Assembly: GCA_021498095.1 (NCBI GenBank)
Contig: JAIZWK010000001.1
Span: forward strand, 4,080,001 to 4,112,000
Reading direction: 5' to 3'
Length of the DNA: 32,000 bases
Origin: Candidatus Harpocratesius repetitus
GTDB taxonomy: Archaea; Asgardarchaeota; Lokiarchaeia; Sigyniarchaeales; Promethearchaeaceae
In this document: piece after piece, positions 7,432 through 17,201 of the stretch
Layout: every line of letters begins with the position of its first letter
Numbering within the stretch: the first letter of the stretch is position 1
The notes under the pieces: generated by a model
Database searches by the model: none
Told to the model about the DNA's origin: nothing
Seen by the model: only the letters and a program-made list of their open reading frames with translations
Made by a program: the position numbers and the translations under genes

Positions 7432-10400
7432 ATGGAAAAAAAATCATCCTCCCCTAAAAATCAATCATCTTCATCAGTAATCGATTTACAAATAATTGAT
7501 AAACGTTCAAAAAGTGAAATTGAGAAAGAAATTAAAAATTCTATCAAAATTCCTAAAACATTTGGTAAAAATTCATTAAAACGTCTTATTGAAGTCAATT
7601 GTCTTCGCCAAACCTTTCTTTACCTCCCAAATTCACCACTATGGAGGAATCCAGTGGAAAAACCAGAACCTCGAATTCCAAAACGAGCAGGTTCAGAATT
7701 TTCCATGAAGCAAGGTCATGAATATGAACAAAAAATTTATTCTCATCTTTCTACTCTTCCTTTTTGTTTATGCATTAAAAGTAAAGTAAATAAAATGATC
7801 TTAAAGCGAAATATTACACCACAGTTATTTAAAAAACTATATTATCTTGCTCAAAAAAATAATTTGGATGAATTCATTATTTTGGAAGGTGAATTTGATA
7901 CTGGTGAAGCATTTTTTGAAAAAATCTTCCCTCCAAAACATCCTCAAGATCCACTTCCTATCAAATATTCAAAATTTCGTCCGGATATAATTACAATTCA
8001 ACGGATTACTCCACAAAAAACTAAATCTTCAACGATTTTAGCACTTAACGAATTAGGTATCCAAAAAACTATTTCAATTAATCAGAATTCGCCACTATTC
8101 AAAATATCCATCATCGACATAAAACACGTCTCAGAAAACAATATTGGAAAATCCCATTTTATAGAAATTCTTTATTATATGCATGCAATGGCATGGTATA
8201 TTCATTCTCATGCATTGGATAACATGTTTTTTGTTTCATTAGAAGATAATGGGATTTTACACCTAATAGATGATAACTTAATAGTGCAAATGAATAATAT
8301 TGAACAAATCAATTCCAATTTAGTAAATATAGAATGGAAAAATGTTGCCCGATTATATAGCAACTCAATTAATACATTTAAAGATCTTTGGAAAAAAGCA
8401 CCTTGCAGTATTAATTCTGTACCAATAAATATTCAACCACACTGTGGGAGTTGTCAATTCTTAAATGATTGTATAAAGCGTTTAGGGGTCAATAAAGGAA
8501 ATCCCCCCCAAAATTGGGCATTGGAATTGATTCCTTATACAAGTCCTTCAGTTATTTTACAAATGAAAGATTACGGTTTAAAAACGATTGGAGATGTGGC
8601 ATCAAAACTCCATACTATTCCAATCGGAACGACACCACAACCTCTTTATGCAGAAATGCCTTTAATTCAAAATAGAGCAAAGGCAATAATCCAGCAAACC
8701 CCAATCTATCCATCTACAGGTAGAGTTTATAGTTATGCAGTCCCAAAGTACTCTTCTATGAATTTAATATTTACAATAGAATCAGATCCTTTGAATGAAC
8801 GAGTTTTTGGAATTGGTCTTCGATTAGAAATGATGATTGCAAAAAAAGCCAAGAATTATCCTTTATTTCACCAATGGTGGAAAATATGGAAAGAAGGTCT
8901 TTCACAGAACAAAAGTCCCAGTAAGATTCTTCAAGATCTACAAAAGAATAATCCATTTTACAATAATTTCCCGCTAAAAGCGATTGAATCCTTATATCAT
9001 ATCATTAAAAATATCATTCCCTTAGAAATAATCTTAGAAGGTCAACCCAGACCGAATAAAAAACCTTACCAGAGAACTAAAGTAAATTATGAATTCAACA
9101 TTGTGAATCAAAGTGTGAAAAATTCTAATGACGAATTAATAATGTTGTTAAAAATAATTGACAAACTCATTGCAATCATTGAAATATGCACCATTATTGA
9201 AAATTATTTGGTGTATGAATATAGAGTCATTATAAAAAAAAAGGAATATTATCGGAAACTACGATTACATCTGTCTATCTATTATTGGGCTCAAGATCAA
9301 ATCCAAAACATGCGAGATTTAATGGAAAGAAATTTTGATAATTTACTAAATTCTTCTGGTTATCAGCAAAAATTACTAAAAATCATTCAATTTTTTACTC
9401 CAGCAGAATCAGAAATTTCGCATCCATATCAACATAATAAAATATATGATCTTCTAAAATTTGTTGAATGTGTAATTGGATTTCCATCCTTAATTAATTA
9501 TACTTGGCATGAAATTGGAGCTACAATTTTTAACACAAAATTTAAGCAAAAATTTTGGATAACTCACTTTAATTATATGGATTATCAAGTTTGGTATGAA
9601 TTTTTAGAAACGAAAGATCTGGTATTGAAAAAAAAACTTGAAGAAGAAATTCAATATCAACTATCAAGAAAGACTAAATATATTAATTTAATCAGAAAAA
9701 AGTTTCAAGTAGAAGCAACAGAATCAATCCCTCTTGAATCAAAACCTGTTTCTCTAGATTCTTTTTCTCAAGTAATGGTTCCTCGTTCATTTCACAAAAT
9801 TGCTCATCTTTGGTACTTTTTTGCTAGATTAACAGGGGCTGTTGATGAACTTGAAAAAGAAGAAATAAGAACCATGTTCCCAGAGTATAGTATTGGTAAA
9901 CTCAATGCAGCTGAAGTTCAAAATCTCAGTTTTATTCAAACAAATCCACAAAAAAATTCATATTATATTTTTGAAATAAGAGATCTTTCCAGTAATATGA
10001 AATTGAAGGAAAAAGATCGAGTTTTATTAATCCCAGATGAATTTCGCGATAAGAAAATAGGACCTTGGGTGTATAAATGGATAGTAATCATAGAAAATCT
10101 AATTTGGAATTCGAAAATTCATGGTTTTATTATCAAAACCTATCCACATAATGTTGATTTGGTCAAAAATTATCAAGCATTTACTTCTATTCCAAAAAGA
10201 GAACCAAAATGGTATATTTTTCCATTACCATTAGATGTTTGGAGTAATAAACTCTATAATGGTAACGGAAGCGGATTACTTGAAAATCATCACTTCGGAG
10301 ACAGTTGGTTGGGTTCACTTCTTGCCTACTTATGGGAAATTGATCCACAAACAAAAATTTCAGTTCCGCTATCATGGGAATTTCAATTGACAGAAATATA

Positions 10401-12585
10401 CCTTTTCAACCCAAAAATTCTTACAACTTTACCATTTGAACCAAAATCATTTGAACAAATAAAAAAGGGTAAATTTCCAAATTTATTATCTACAGCTTTT
10501 CCAAAACCTGATCCATCTCAAAAAGAAGCCATTTGTTTGGCTCTCAACTCATACATTCATGCAATACAAGGTCCTCCTGGAACAGGAAAATCACAAACAA
10601 TTACAACATTGATAGATGAATATATTTGTAGAATTAAGCAGAGATTTGGAGAAAACACACAAATAAGAATATTAATTACTGCCTTTTCTTATGCAGCCAT
10701 ACGAGTTTTAATTGATAAAATTCGCGCGAGTCAAGATTCAAAAGGGAATAAAACCCAAGTAGCTTCCATGCAGTTAATATATTTACATTCTGAAATGATA
10801 GAACCAATCGAAGAAGTTCCTGGATTACCACACATTGATGATTTAATACATAAATCAAATGGAGGATGGCTCTGGAATGGTCAAAAAAGAATAATAACTA
10901 AGAAGAAACCGTTGCAAAATGTTCTCCAAAATCAATTTATCCTTTTTGGAAATGCACATCAATTATATCATATTCCAAAATGCACAATCCCACAAATTTC
11001 GTTTGATTTAATAATTGTCGATGAAGCGAGTCAAGTGCCAACGGATCATTTTTTGGCATCTCTACAATTTGTACATTCCAATGTTCTCTCTATTTCACCA
11101 GTTTCCTCTTTGAATTCGATAAAAAATGTACCTTTACAATATTCAGATGATGAATTTCATGAAATTAATTCAGACGAAATCACACAGATAGTTATCGTTG
11201 GTGATTATTTCCAATTACCTCCTGTTCAACCGATAGAACCTCCAAAGAAAGTAGAACAAATATTAGGAAGTTTGTATTCATATTATGTCCGCTATCACGG
11301 AATTTCACAAAGTCAATTACGAATTAATTATCGATCTCATCCAGATATTGTAGAATTTACAAGGCAATTGTCATTATATCAAAATTTAAAAGCACATTTC
11401 AATGCTATCAAATTATCTTTATCATGTAAACTACCATCCTCATCTCCAAAATGGATTAAAGAGATATTTAAATCAGAACGGGTAGTTTCTACAATTATTC
11501 ATGAGTACGAATTTGAAATAGCAATTAGCCCTGTTGAAGCATTTCTAATAAGCAAAATACTTTTATATTATTGGAGATCTCTTAATATCAAGACAATTGA
11601 AGAAGAGAGAAAATTCTGGCTGGAATCAGTTGGAGTTGTTTCCCCTCATAATGCCCAAGGACGACAAATTCTCCGACAAGTCTTTCTAGAAATGACAAAT
11701 AAAAAAAATCGCTTAACACTCTTGTCTGATGAAGAATTAATGAAATGTTTACAAGCCACAATTTATTCTGTTGAGAAATTTCAAGGTTCAGACAGAGATT
11801 TGATTATTGCTTCAGTTGGAATTTCAGATAAAGATCATTTAAAGAAAGAAGAAGAGTTTATCTACGATTTAAATAGATTTAATGTTTTAACATCGAGAGC
11901 AAAACGGAAATTAATCTACATTTGCAGCCGATCCTTTTTAGAGTACATCCCTCATGATAAAATGCTGATAAATTACGCCGCTCAAACTTATAAATATGCA
12001 TTTGAATTTTGCAATCAGGAAAAACTATTATTTTTTAAGAATCATTTGGGTTATCAAGATTATTTCTATTTCCGATGGCATGAAAATCAAAATTCTTTAC
12101 CAAAGGCAGTTATTCCTTTTTCAACATTTAATTATGATATAATATATACAAATCAGAATAAATTAACAATTACTGCTACTTCACAAAAAGATTTTTTAGA
12201 AATAATTAAATCTATCCCAACCAATCAAGTATCAAAAGCCTTTCTTGATAATGGTCAAAAAATAAAGGTTGAAGTAGTTATTAGTGATCCAGAGAAAATC
12301 GCAAAAATTGTACCTATACCTCAAAAATTGCAGCATACTTTTTTTAATTCTGGTTCAAAATCAAAGTATAAAAATACTACACAGTTAAAATCGAACTTAA
12401 TAAAAAAAAAAAATAAATCAAATATCAAAAAAATCGATAAAAATAATTTATCGAAGAAGAAAGTAAAATCAAAAAATAATTCAAATTCAAAACCTGATGT
12501 AAAAAAATCAGGAAAAGGTAAAAAAAAACTACCAGAAAAGAAATTGTCGGTAAAATTGCATGATACTGACGATGATCTTTTTTAG
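7432..12585 (+). CDS. Fe-S PD-(D/E)XK (RecB/Cas4/Dna2-type) nuclease fused to an SF1 Upf1/Dna2-like helicase; TM0106-like architecture, 1717 aa
   Basis: C57 plus C338-xx-C341-x5-C347; GHEYE, RPD185, D229-I-K231 and EILYY nuclease motifs; HhH-like segment at about 364-390; RNase H-like segment from about 445. Helicase motifs: GPPGTGKS (1047-1054), DEASQ (1197), VGDYFQLPP, YRSHPDI, VEKFQGSDRD, RFNVLTSRAK. Lys-rich tail ending DDDLF. Confidence 0.9.
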   Translation: MEKKSSSPKNQSSSSVIDLQIIDKRSKSEIEKEIKNSIKIPKTFGKNSLKRLIEVNCLRQTFLYLPNSPLWRNPVEKPEPRIPKRAGSEFSMKQGHEYEQKIYSHLSTLPFCLCIKSKVNKMILKRNITPQLFKKLYYLAQKNNLDEFIILEGEFDTGEAFFEKIFPPKHPQDPLPIKYSKFRPDIITIQRITPQKTKSSTILALNELGIQKTISINQNSPLFKISIIDIKHVSENNIGKSHFIEILYYMHAMAWYIHSHALDNMFFVSLEDNGILHLIDDNLIVQMNNIEQINSNLVNIEWKNVARLYSNSINTFKDLWKKAPCSINSVPINIQPHCGSCQFLNDCIKRLGVNKGNPPQNWALELIPYTSPSVILQMKDYGLKTIGDVASKLHTIPIGTTPQPLYAEMPLIQNRAKAIIQQTPIYPSTGRVYSYAVPKYSSMNLIFTIESDPLNERVFGIGLRLEMMIAKKAKNYPLFHQWWKIWKEGLSQNKSPSKILQDLQKNNPFYNNFPLKAIESLYHIIKNIIPLEIILEGQPRPNKKPYQRTKVNYEFNIVNQSVKNSNDELIMLLKIIDKLIAIIEICTIIENYLVYEYRVIIKKKEYYRKLRLHLSIYYWAQDQIQNMRDLMERNFDNLLNSSGYQQKLLKIIQFFTPAESEISHPYQHNKIYDLLKFVECVIGFPSLINYTWHEIGATIFNTKFKQKFWITHFNYMDYQVWYEFLETKDLVLKKKLEEEIQYQLSRKTKYINLIRKKFQVEATESIPLESKPVSLDSFSQVMVPRSFHKIAHLWYFFARLTGAVDELEKEEIRTMFPEYSIGKLNAAEVQNLSFIQTNPQKNSYYIFEIRDLSSNMKLKEKDRVLLIPDEFRDKKIGPWVYKWIVIIENLIWNSKIHGFIIKTYPHNVDLVKNYQAFTSIPKREPKWYIFPLPLDVWSNKLYNGNGSGLLENHHFGDSWLGSLLAYLWEIDPQTKISVPLSWEFQLTEIYLFNPKILTTLPFEPKSFEQIKKGKFPNLLSTAFPKPDPSQKEAICLALNSYIHAIQGPPGTGKSQTITTLIDEYICRIKQRFGENTQIRILITAFSYAAIRVLIDKIRASQDSKGNKTQVASMQLIYLHSEMIEPIEEVPGLPHIDDLIHKSNGGWLWNGQKRIITKKKPLQNVLQNQFILFGNAHQLYHIPKCTIPQISFDLIIVDEASQVPTDHFLASLQFVHSNVLSISPVSSLNSIKNVPLQYSDDEFHEINSDEITQIVIVGDYFQLPPVQPIEPPKKVEQILGSLYSYYVRYHGISQSQLRINYRSHPDIVEFTRQLSLYQNLKAHFNAIKLSLSCKLPSSSPKWIKEIFKSERVVSTIIHEYEFEIAISPVEAFLISKILLYYWRSLNIKTIEEERKFWLESVGVVSPHNAQGRQILRQVFLEMTNKKNRLTLLSDEELMKCLQATIYSVEKFQGSDRDLIIASVGISDKDHLKKEEEFIYDLNRFNVLTSRAKRKLIYICSRSFLEYIPHDKMLINYAAQTYKYAFEFCNQEKLLFFKNHLGYQDYFYFRWHENQNSLPKAVIPFSTFNYDIIYTNQNKLTITATSQKDFLEIIKSIPTNQVSKAFLDNGQKIKVEVVISDPEKIAKIVPIPQKLQHTFFNSGSKSKYKNTTQLKSNLIKKKNKSNIKKIDKNNLSKKKVKSKNNSNSKPDVKKSGKGKKKLPEKKLSVKLHDTDDDLF

Positions 12586-12682
12586 TTAAATTTGATCTTA
12601 AAGATAGAAACAACAAATTAATTCAAAACGATTCAGTAGATCTAAAACTTTGCAAAATAATTTAAAACGATGGGGAAGTTGA

Positions 12683-14320
12683 ATGAAACCATTTAAATTT
12701 ATTCATATGGCAGATACTCACTTAGGAAATGTACAATATCACCTTTTTGAGCGATTTCGTGATTTTAATCGTGCTTTTAATGCAGTATTGCATAAAGCTC
12801 TCGAAGAAAATGTTGATTTTATAATACATGCAGGGGATTTTTTTAATTCAAATCGAATCAACCCAGAAACATTATCTGCATGTTATTTAATGATAAAACA
12901 ATTTCAAGATAAAGCAGTAGAACTTTTTGGACATAAGATTCCAATTATTGTAATTGAAGGAAATCATGATAAAAGGAATTATTTTGCAAAACGGTCTTGG
13001 TTAAAATTTTTGGCAGATTTAGATCTAATTTCATTATTATCAATAAATTTTCAGGAAAATCAAAGTACTGGAATTTTTAAGCCGTATTCAGCAAAAAAGA
13101 AAATTGGAAATGTAGTGTCTATTGGGGATGCAAAAATATATGGAATTCCTTCCTATGGCGCACTTACACAAGAGTTACTCCCAAAAATTTATAATTCTTT
13201 ACCTTCAGATGATGATAGATTTAATATCTTGATTATGCATTTTGGAATTCAAGGCCAAGTAAAAGGTAAATTGGGATTGGAAATAACCCCAGACTTAAAC
13301 GCAATTCATGAAAAAATCGATTATTTGGCTTTAGGACACTATCATAAGCATTATTCACTTCCAGAAAATAATCCTTGGATTTATAATCCGGGTTCAACAG
13401 AAATTAATGCTCCAAAAGAATTATATGGAGATAATGGAGAACCATTCCAAAGAGGCGTTTTTTTAGTAGAAGTTTTCGGAAAGGCAGAAGAACAAAGACG
13501 AGTTCAACTTATTGAATTTGAAAATGGAGAAAATGAAGATTCCAGTACTCTTCCAAATAGGGCATTTTATAATGTTAAATTAGATGTAGAAGGTATTTCA
13601 TTAAGCAATTTTGATGATTTAACAGATTTTGTAATAGAACAAGTTAAAAAACAAGGATTCACAATTCTTTCAGGAATTAAACGTGAACAACTGAATTTTC
13701 GAGATTTAAACCTTCCATTTCTATACATATCCATCTTTGGAACAATTCCATTTTCTAAACTAGACTTAAATTTCTCCAAAATGCGAAAAAAAATCCTTAA
13801 TACTTTTCAAATTTTTGAAACACGAATTTTTGCACAAGGTTTAGCTTCAGAAATGGATGATATTTCGATTATTAAGAATGAAAACCGCACTGTCGATGAT
13901 ATTGAAACAGAAATCTTAACAAAAATGATTTCCCTACATCCAGAATATCAACTTTATACTAATGAAATTGTAAAGTTGATGAAAGATTTAAAGAAACCAT
14001 TATTATCGAAAAGAACTGGAAATTCTGTATTTCAAGAAATAATTGCATGGTGGAATTCTATTTTTCCAAAGAAAGAAGCAGAAATGAATTTCCATAAGGA
14101 CCGAAAAACTTTAGCGGATTTTTTACCAAGTTCATTATCTTCTAAACCATCTAAAAATAAATATGGTGAAGAAAATACAGAAAAAGAAAGGTTAAAGGAT
14201 TTAAATATAGAAAGAAAAAAATCAGATGAAGAAGAAATAGATGATGACGAAATAGATGAAGAACAAGTTGAAGAAGAATTGGATAATAATTATGAAAAAT
14301 TAAACTATGAAGGGAGGTAA
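12683..14320 (+). CDS. mre11: Mre11/SbcD DNA double-strand-break repair nuclease
   Basis: ADTHLG, HAGDFF, GNHD, MHFG, GHYH and YNPGS motifs; immediately upstream of rad50; acidic C-terminal tail. Confidence 0.95.
   Translation: MKPFKFIHMADTHLGNVQYHLFERFRDFNRAFNAVLHKALEENVDFIIHAGDFFNSNRINPETLSACYLMIKQFQDKAVELFGHKIPIIVIEGNHDKRNYFAKRSWLKFLADLDLISLLSINFQENQSTGIFKPYSAKKKIGNVVSIGDAKIYGIPSYGALTQELLPKIYNSLPSDDDRFNILIMHFGIQGQVKGKLGLEITPDLNAIHEKIDYLALGHYHKHYSLPENNPWIYNPGSTEINAPKELYGDNGEPFQRGVFLVEVFGKAEEQRRVQLIEFENGENEDSSTLPNRAFYNVKLDVEGISLSNFDDLTDFVIEQVKKQGFTILSGIKREQLNFRDLNLPFLYISIFGTIPFSKLDLNFSKMRKKILNTFQIFETRIFAQGLASEMDDISIIKNENRTVDDIETEILTKMISLHPEYQLYTNEIVKLMKDLKKPLLSKRTGNSVFQEIIAWWNSIFPKKEAEMNFHKDRKTLADFLPSSLSSKPSKNKYGEENTEKERLKDLNIERKKSDEEEIDDDEIDEEQVEEELDNNYEKLNYEGR
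14312..14318 (+). promoter_or_regulatory. Ribosome-binding site GGGAGGT for rad50, inside the last codons of mre11
   Basis: Lies 7 nt before ATG 14326; the mre11-rad50 gap is only 5 bp. Confidence 0.7.
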
Positions 14321-14325
14321 TAATA

Positions 14326-17025
14326 ATGATTCAAAGAATCCAATTAATCAATATAACAACCCATAAAAATAGCATTATTGAATTTAAACGCGGTATTAAT
14401 TCACTCATGGGCGATAATGGGGCAGGAAAATCAACAGTTTTACAAATGATTGGTTTTGTATTATTTGATTTTTTACCTGGAAGAAATCAAAAACAATATG
14501 TTCGAATAGGTGCTAAAGAAAATTTTGGAGAAGTAAAATTATGGATCATAGGTAGAGATGGAGAAGAATATATGATTTATCGGACAATTGGAAAACCTAA
14601 AAATGAATTATCAGTTACTCATACACAAACCGGAATTATCCTTAAGGATATTAACTCTCTCCAAAATTTCCGAGAATGGGTTCATTTAATATTAGGAATT
14701 CGGTCTGATCTCCCTTTAAAAACAATTTTTGAAAATGGAATAGGAGTTCGACAGGGAACTTTTACAGAACCATTCTTGCGAAATCCTACAGGAAGGGCTC
14801 TTGTTTTTGCACCATTATTAAATGTTGATATTTATTCAAAACTATTCAAAAATTTTCTACATACTATTAAAGATTTTGAGAATGAAATCCACGAAAAAGG
14901 AATTCAGAAAAGTGGTCTTGAAGGAGAATTGAAAATTAAGCCAGAATTAGAAGAACGAGAAAAAATATTTTCAAAAAAGATAAAAAAAATAAAAAAAGAC
15001 ATACAAATGCTTAATTCAGAATGGAAAAAAGTGCATAAACACTTTGCTGAACTTGAAAAAATTAAGGAAGAGATCACCACAATTCAAAAAACCATTGATA
15101 TTTTAAAGCAAGATGTTTCAGGACAAGAAAAAATGTTGAAAGAACTCGCAAATAATCTTAGGGAAGCAAAAAAGGCTCAAGATATTTGCATGAAATCTGA
15201 AGAAAATTATCAAAAATATAAAGAGCTTGAAAAGAAAAATAGAATACTTTCTTCCAAAATTCGAGTTTGGAGACAAAACAAAGATAAATTAACGAATTTT
15301 GAAAAAAAACTGGCTGAACTTCAGACTCAAAAAAAGCAACTTGATAAAGAAATAACAGAAATTGAAAAATTAAAGGATGAACTTCCAAATTTAGAAAAAA
15401 TACATCAAAAATTCGAAAAATATAACCAAAATGCCGAAAAACTTCGAATACAAAAGGACAGAATTGTTGAAAAAGAGAAAATTTCAACTCAATTAAAAAA
15501 AGAATTAAAATTGTTGAATACTCTACCAAAAAAACAGCAAAAAATCAATGCAGAATATGAAAACATTCAGAAAGAGTTACAGGAATTAGAAAAACTTGAA
15601 AATAAAGTAAAACAAAATCAAATTGATTTGAAAACACACCAAAATCAGATAAAAGAATTAAAATTGTATATCAAACAAGCTAATAATGGAATATGTCCTG
15701 TTTGTGATCAACCATATAACAACCCTCATAAAGATCTTAAAAGTTATTTTGCAGAGAAAATTGAAATTCATGAAAAAAAGGTAAAAGAATTATCCAACTT
15801 AATTAAAAATCAAAATATAAAATTAAAACAAAAATCAGTATTGCAAAAGCGTAGAGATCGTTGTGTTGAACTCATAAGTCAATATAGAGAACAAATGGAA
15901 CAATTAAAAAGAAAGCAAAGAGAATTAGATGAATTGAAACCGATCATTGAAACAAAACAATCCATACTAAACCAAATATCAGAATTAGAACAAAAAATCG
16001 AACAATTGAAAGATCAAAACCAGCGATATAATTTTGTGACAATTAAAGTTCAGAAAGAACTTATTAATTTTCAAGCATCTGCGTATAATGTCACACAAAA
16101 AATCAACAAAATAAAGAAAGAAATGGAACCCATTGAACAAAAAGTTGAAGAAGGTAAAGATTTAGAGAAAAATCAAATGGAAACTCAAAATTCTTTAGAA
16201 AAATATAAATCTTTTTATGATTTATATCAAAAAAATCAAAAATTAGCCATTAGACTACCTGAATTCAAACAAAAATTGGAAGGAAATAGAATCGAGTTAG
16301 AAAGCTCTAAAAAAGATCTAAAAAATCACACGATTAAACTTAATTCTCTGTTGAAGAACTTTGACGAAAGAGAATTTTCTGAATTAGAAATGCGTCAAAA
16401 TCACATTCAAACAAAAATGATTCAAAAAGAAGAAGAATTCAAACACGTGAAAAATGATTTGGATGATATAAAGAGAAACTTAAGTGTTTTGAAGAATAAA
16501 GAAGAAGAATTATCTCAAATAATATATCATTTAGAGAAATTAATAGAAATAAAAGAATTTTCAGAACTTTTAAGGACTTGGTTTAAAGAAGCAGGCCCAA
16601 AAATAACTGAAGCTTTGATCTCTAACATAAATCAAACCGCCACTGCAATTCTAAGACAAATTAAAGAAGATTCAAATCTTTACATTGAATGGCAAAAAGA
16701 TTACGATGTTATTCTTCAAAGTGAAAAAATTCCAAAGAGAAACTTTTCTCAACTTTCCGGAGGAGAACAAATGGCTGTAGCTTTAGCAATCCGACTTTCT
16801 ATTTTGAAAATATTAACGCAAATCGATTTTGCTTTCTTTGATGAACCTACAACTAACTTAGATGAAGCAACTCGCAGAAATTTAGCTCAAAGTATCCAAA
16901 ACGTTCGAGGATTTGAACAAATTTTTGTAATTTCACATGATGATACTTTTGCAGATTATGCAGATTATAAAATTCGATTATCGAAAAATGAAGACGAAAT
17001 TACAAATGTCGAAATAGAATTCTAA
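14326..17025 (+). CDS. rad50: Rad50/SbcC SMC-family ATPase
   Basis: Walker A GDNGAGKS, long coiled coil with a central CPVC zinc hook, LSGGE signature, FFDEPT Walker B and ISHD H-loop. Confidence 0.96.
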   Translation: MIQRIQLINITTHKNSIIEFKRGINSLMGDNGAGKSTVLQMIGFVLFDFLPGRNQKQYVRIGAKENFGEVKLWIIGRDGEEYMIYRTIGKPKNELSVTHTQTGIILKDINSLQNFREWVHLILGIRSDLPLKTIFENGIGVRQGTFTEPFLRNPTGRALVFAPLLNVDIYSKLFKNFLHTIKDFENEIHEKGIQKSGLEGELKIKPELEEREKIFSKKIKKIKKDIQMLNSEWKKVHKHFAELEKIKEEITTIQKTIDILKQDVSGQEKMLKELANNLREAKKAQDICMKSEENYQKYKELEKKNRILSSKIRVWRQNKDKLTNFEKKLAELQTQKKQLDKEITEIEKLKDELPNLEKIHQKFEKYNQNAEKLRIQKDRIVEKEKISTQLKKELKLLNTLPKKQQKINAEYENIQKELQELEKLENKVKQNQIDLKTHQNQIKELKLYIKQANNGICPVCDQPYNNPHKDLKSYFAEKIEIHEKKVKELSNLIKNQNIKLKQKSVLQKRRDRCVELISQYREQMEQLKRKQRELDELKPIIETKQSILNQISELEQKIEQLKDQNQRYNFVTIKVQKELINFQASAYNVTQKINKIKKEMEPIEQKVEEGKDLEKNQMETQNSLEKYKSFYDLYQKNQKLAIRLPEFKQKLEGNRIELESSKKDLKNHTIKLNSLLKNFDEREFSELEMRQNHIQTKMIQKEEEFKHVKNDLDDIKRNLSVLKNKEEELSQIIYHLEKLIEIKEFSELLRTWFKEAGPKITEALISNINQTATAILRQIKEDSNLYIEWQKDYDVILQSEKIPKRNFSQLSGGEQMAVALAIRLSILKILTQIDFAFFDEPTTNLDEATRRNLAQSIQNVRGFEQIFVISHDDTFADYADYKIRLSKNEDEITNVEIEF

Positions 17026-17201
17026 TAAAAACAATAATCTACATCCTAATATAGTTTTAGATAAGAATAGAAAAAGATTTCTTAACTTTGATTACTTCCA
17101 CAACACTCATTCGGGAATAAACATGAATTGATTGTACAAATTAGTAAAAAGTAATTAATATCGAAAAAAGTGAAATAAAAAAAATCTTTTTTAGATTTAG
17201 A

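Noticed and set aside
7432-8480. Calling the N-terminal nuclease a CRISPR Cas4
   Set aside because: No CRISPR array or other cas genes are present; the domain is fused to an SF1 helicase and the Cys/PD-(D/E)XK pattern is shared by Dna2, AddB and TM0106-type proteins.
12322-12345. QKLQHTFF as a PIP box in the helicase
   Set aside because: Position 4 is Gln rather than the required aliphatic residue; too weak to call.
7432-12585. Assigning the gene symbol dna2
   Set aside because: The HhH plus RNase H-like middle region is not part of eukaryotic Dna2; orthology cannot be shown without phylogeny.
14941-16560. Apparent low-complexity repeats of GAA/AAA in rad50
   Set aside because: Explained by Lys/Glu-rich coiled-coil coding; no discrete DNA repeat unit.
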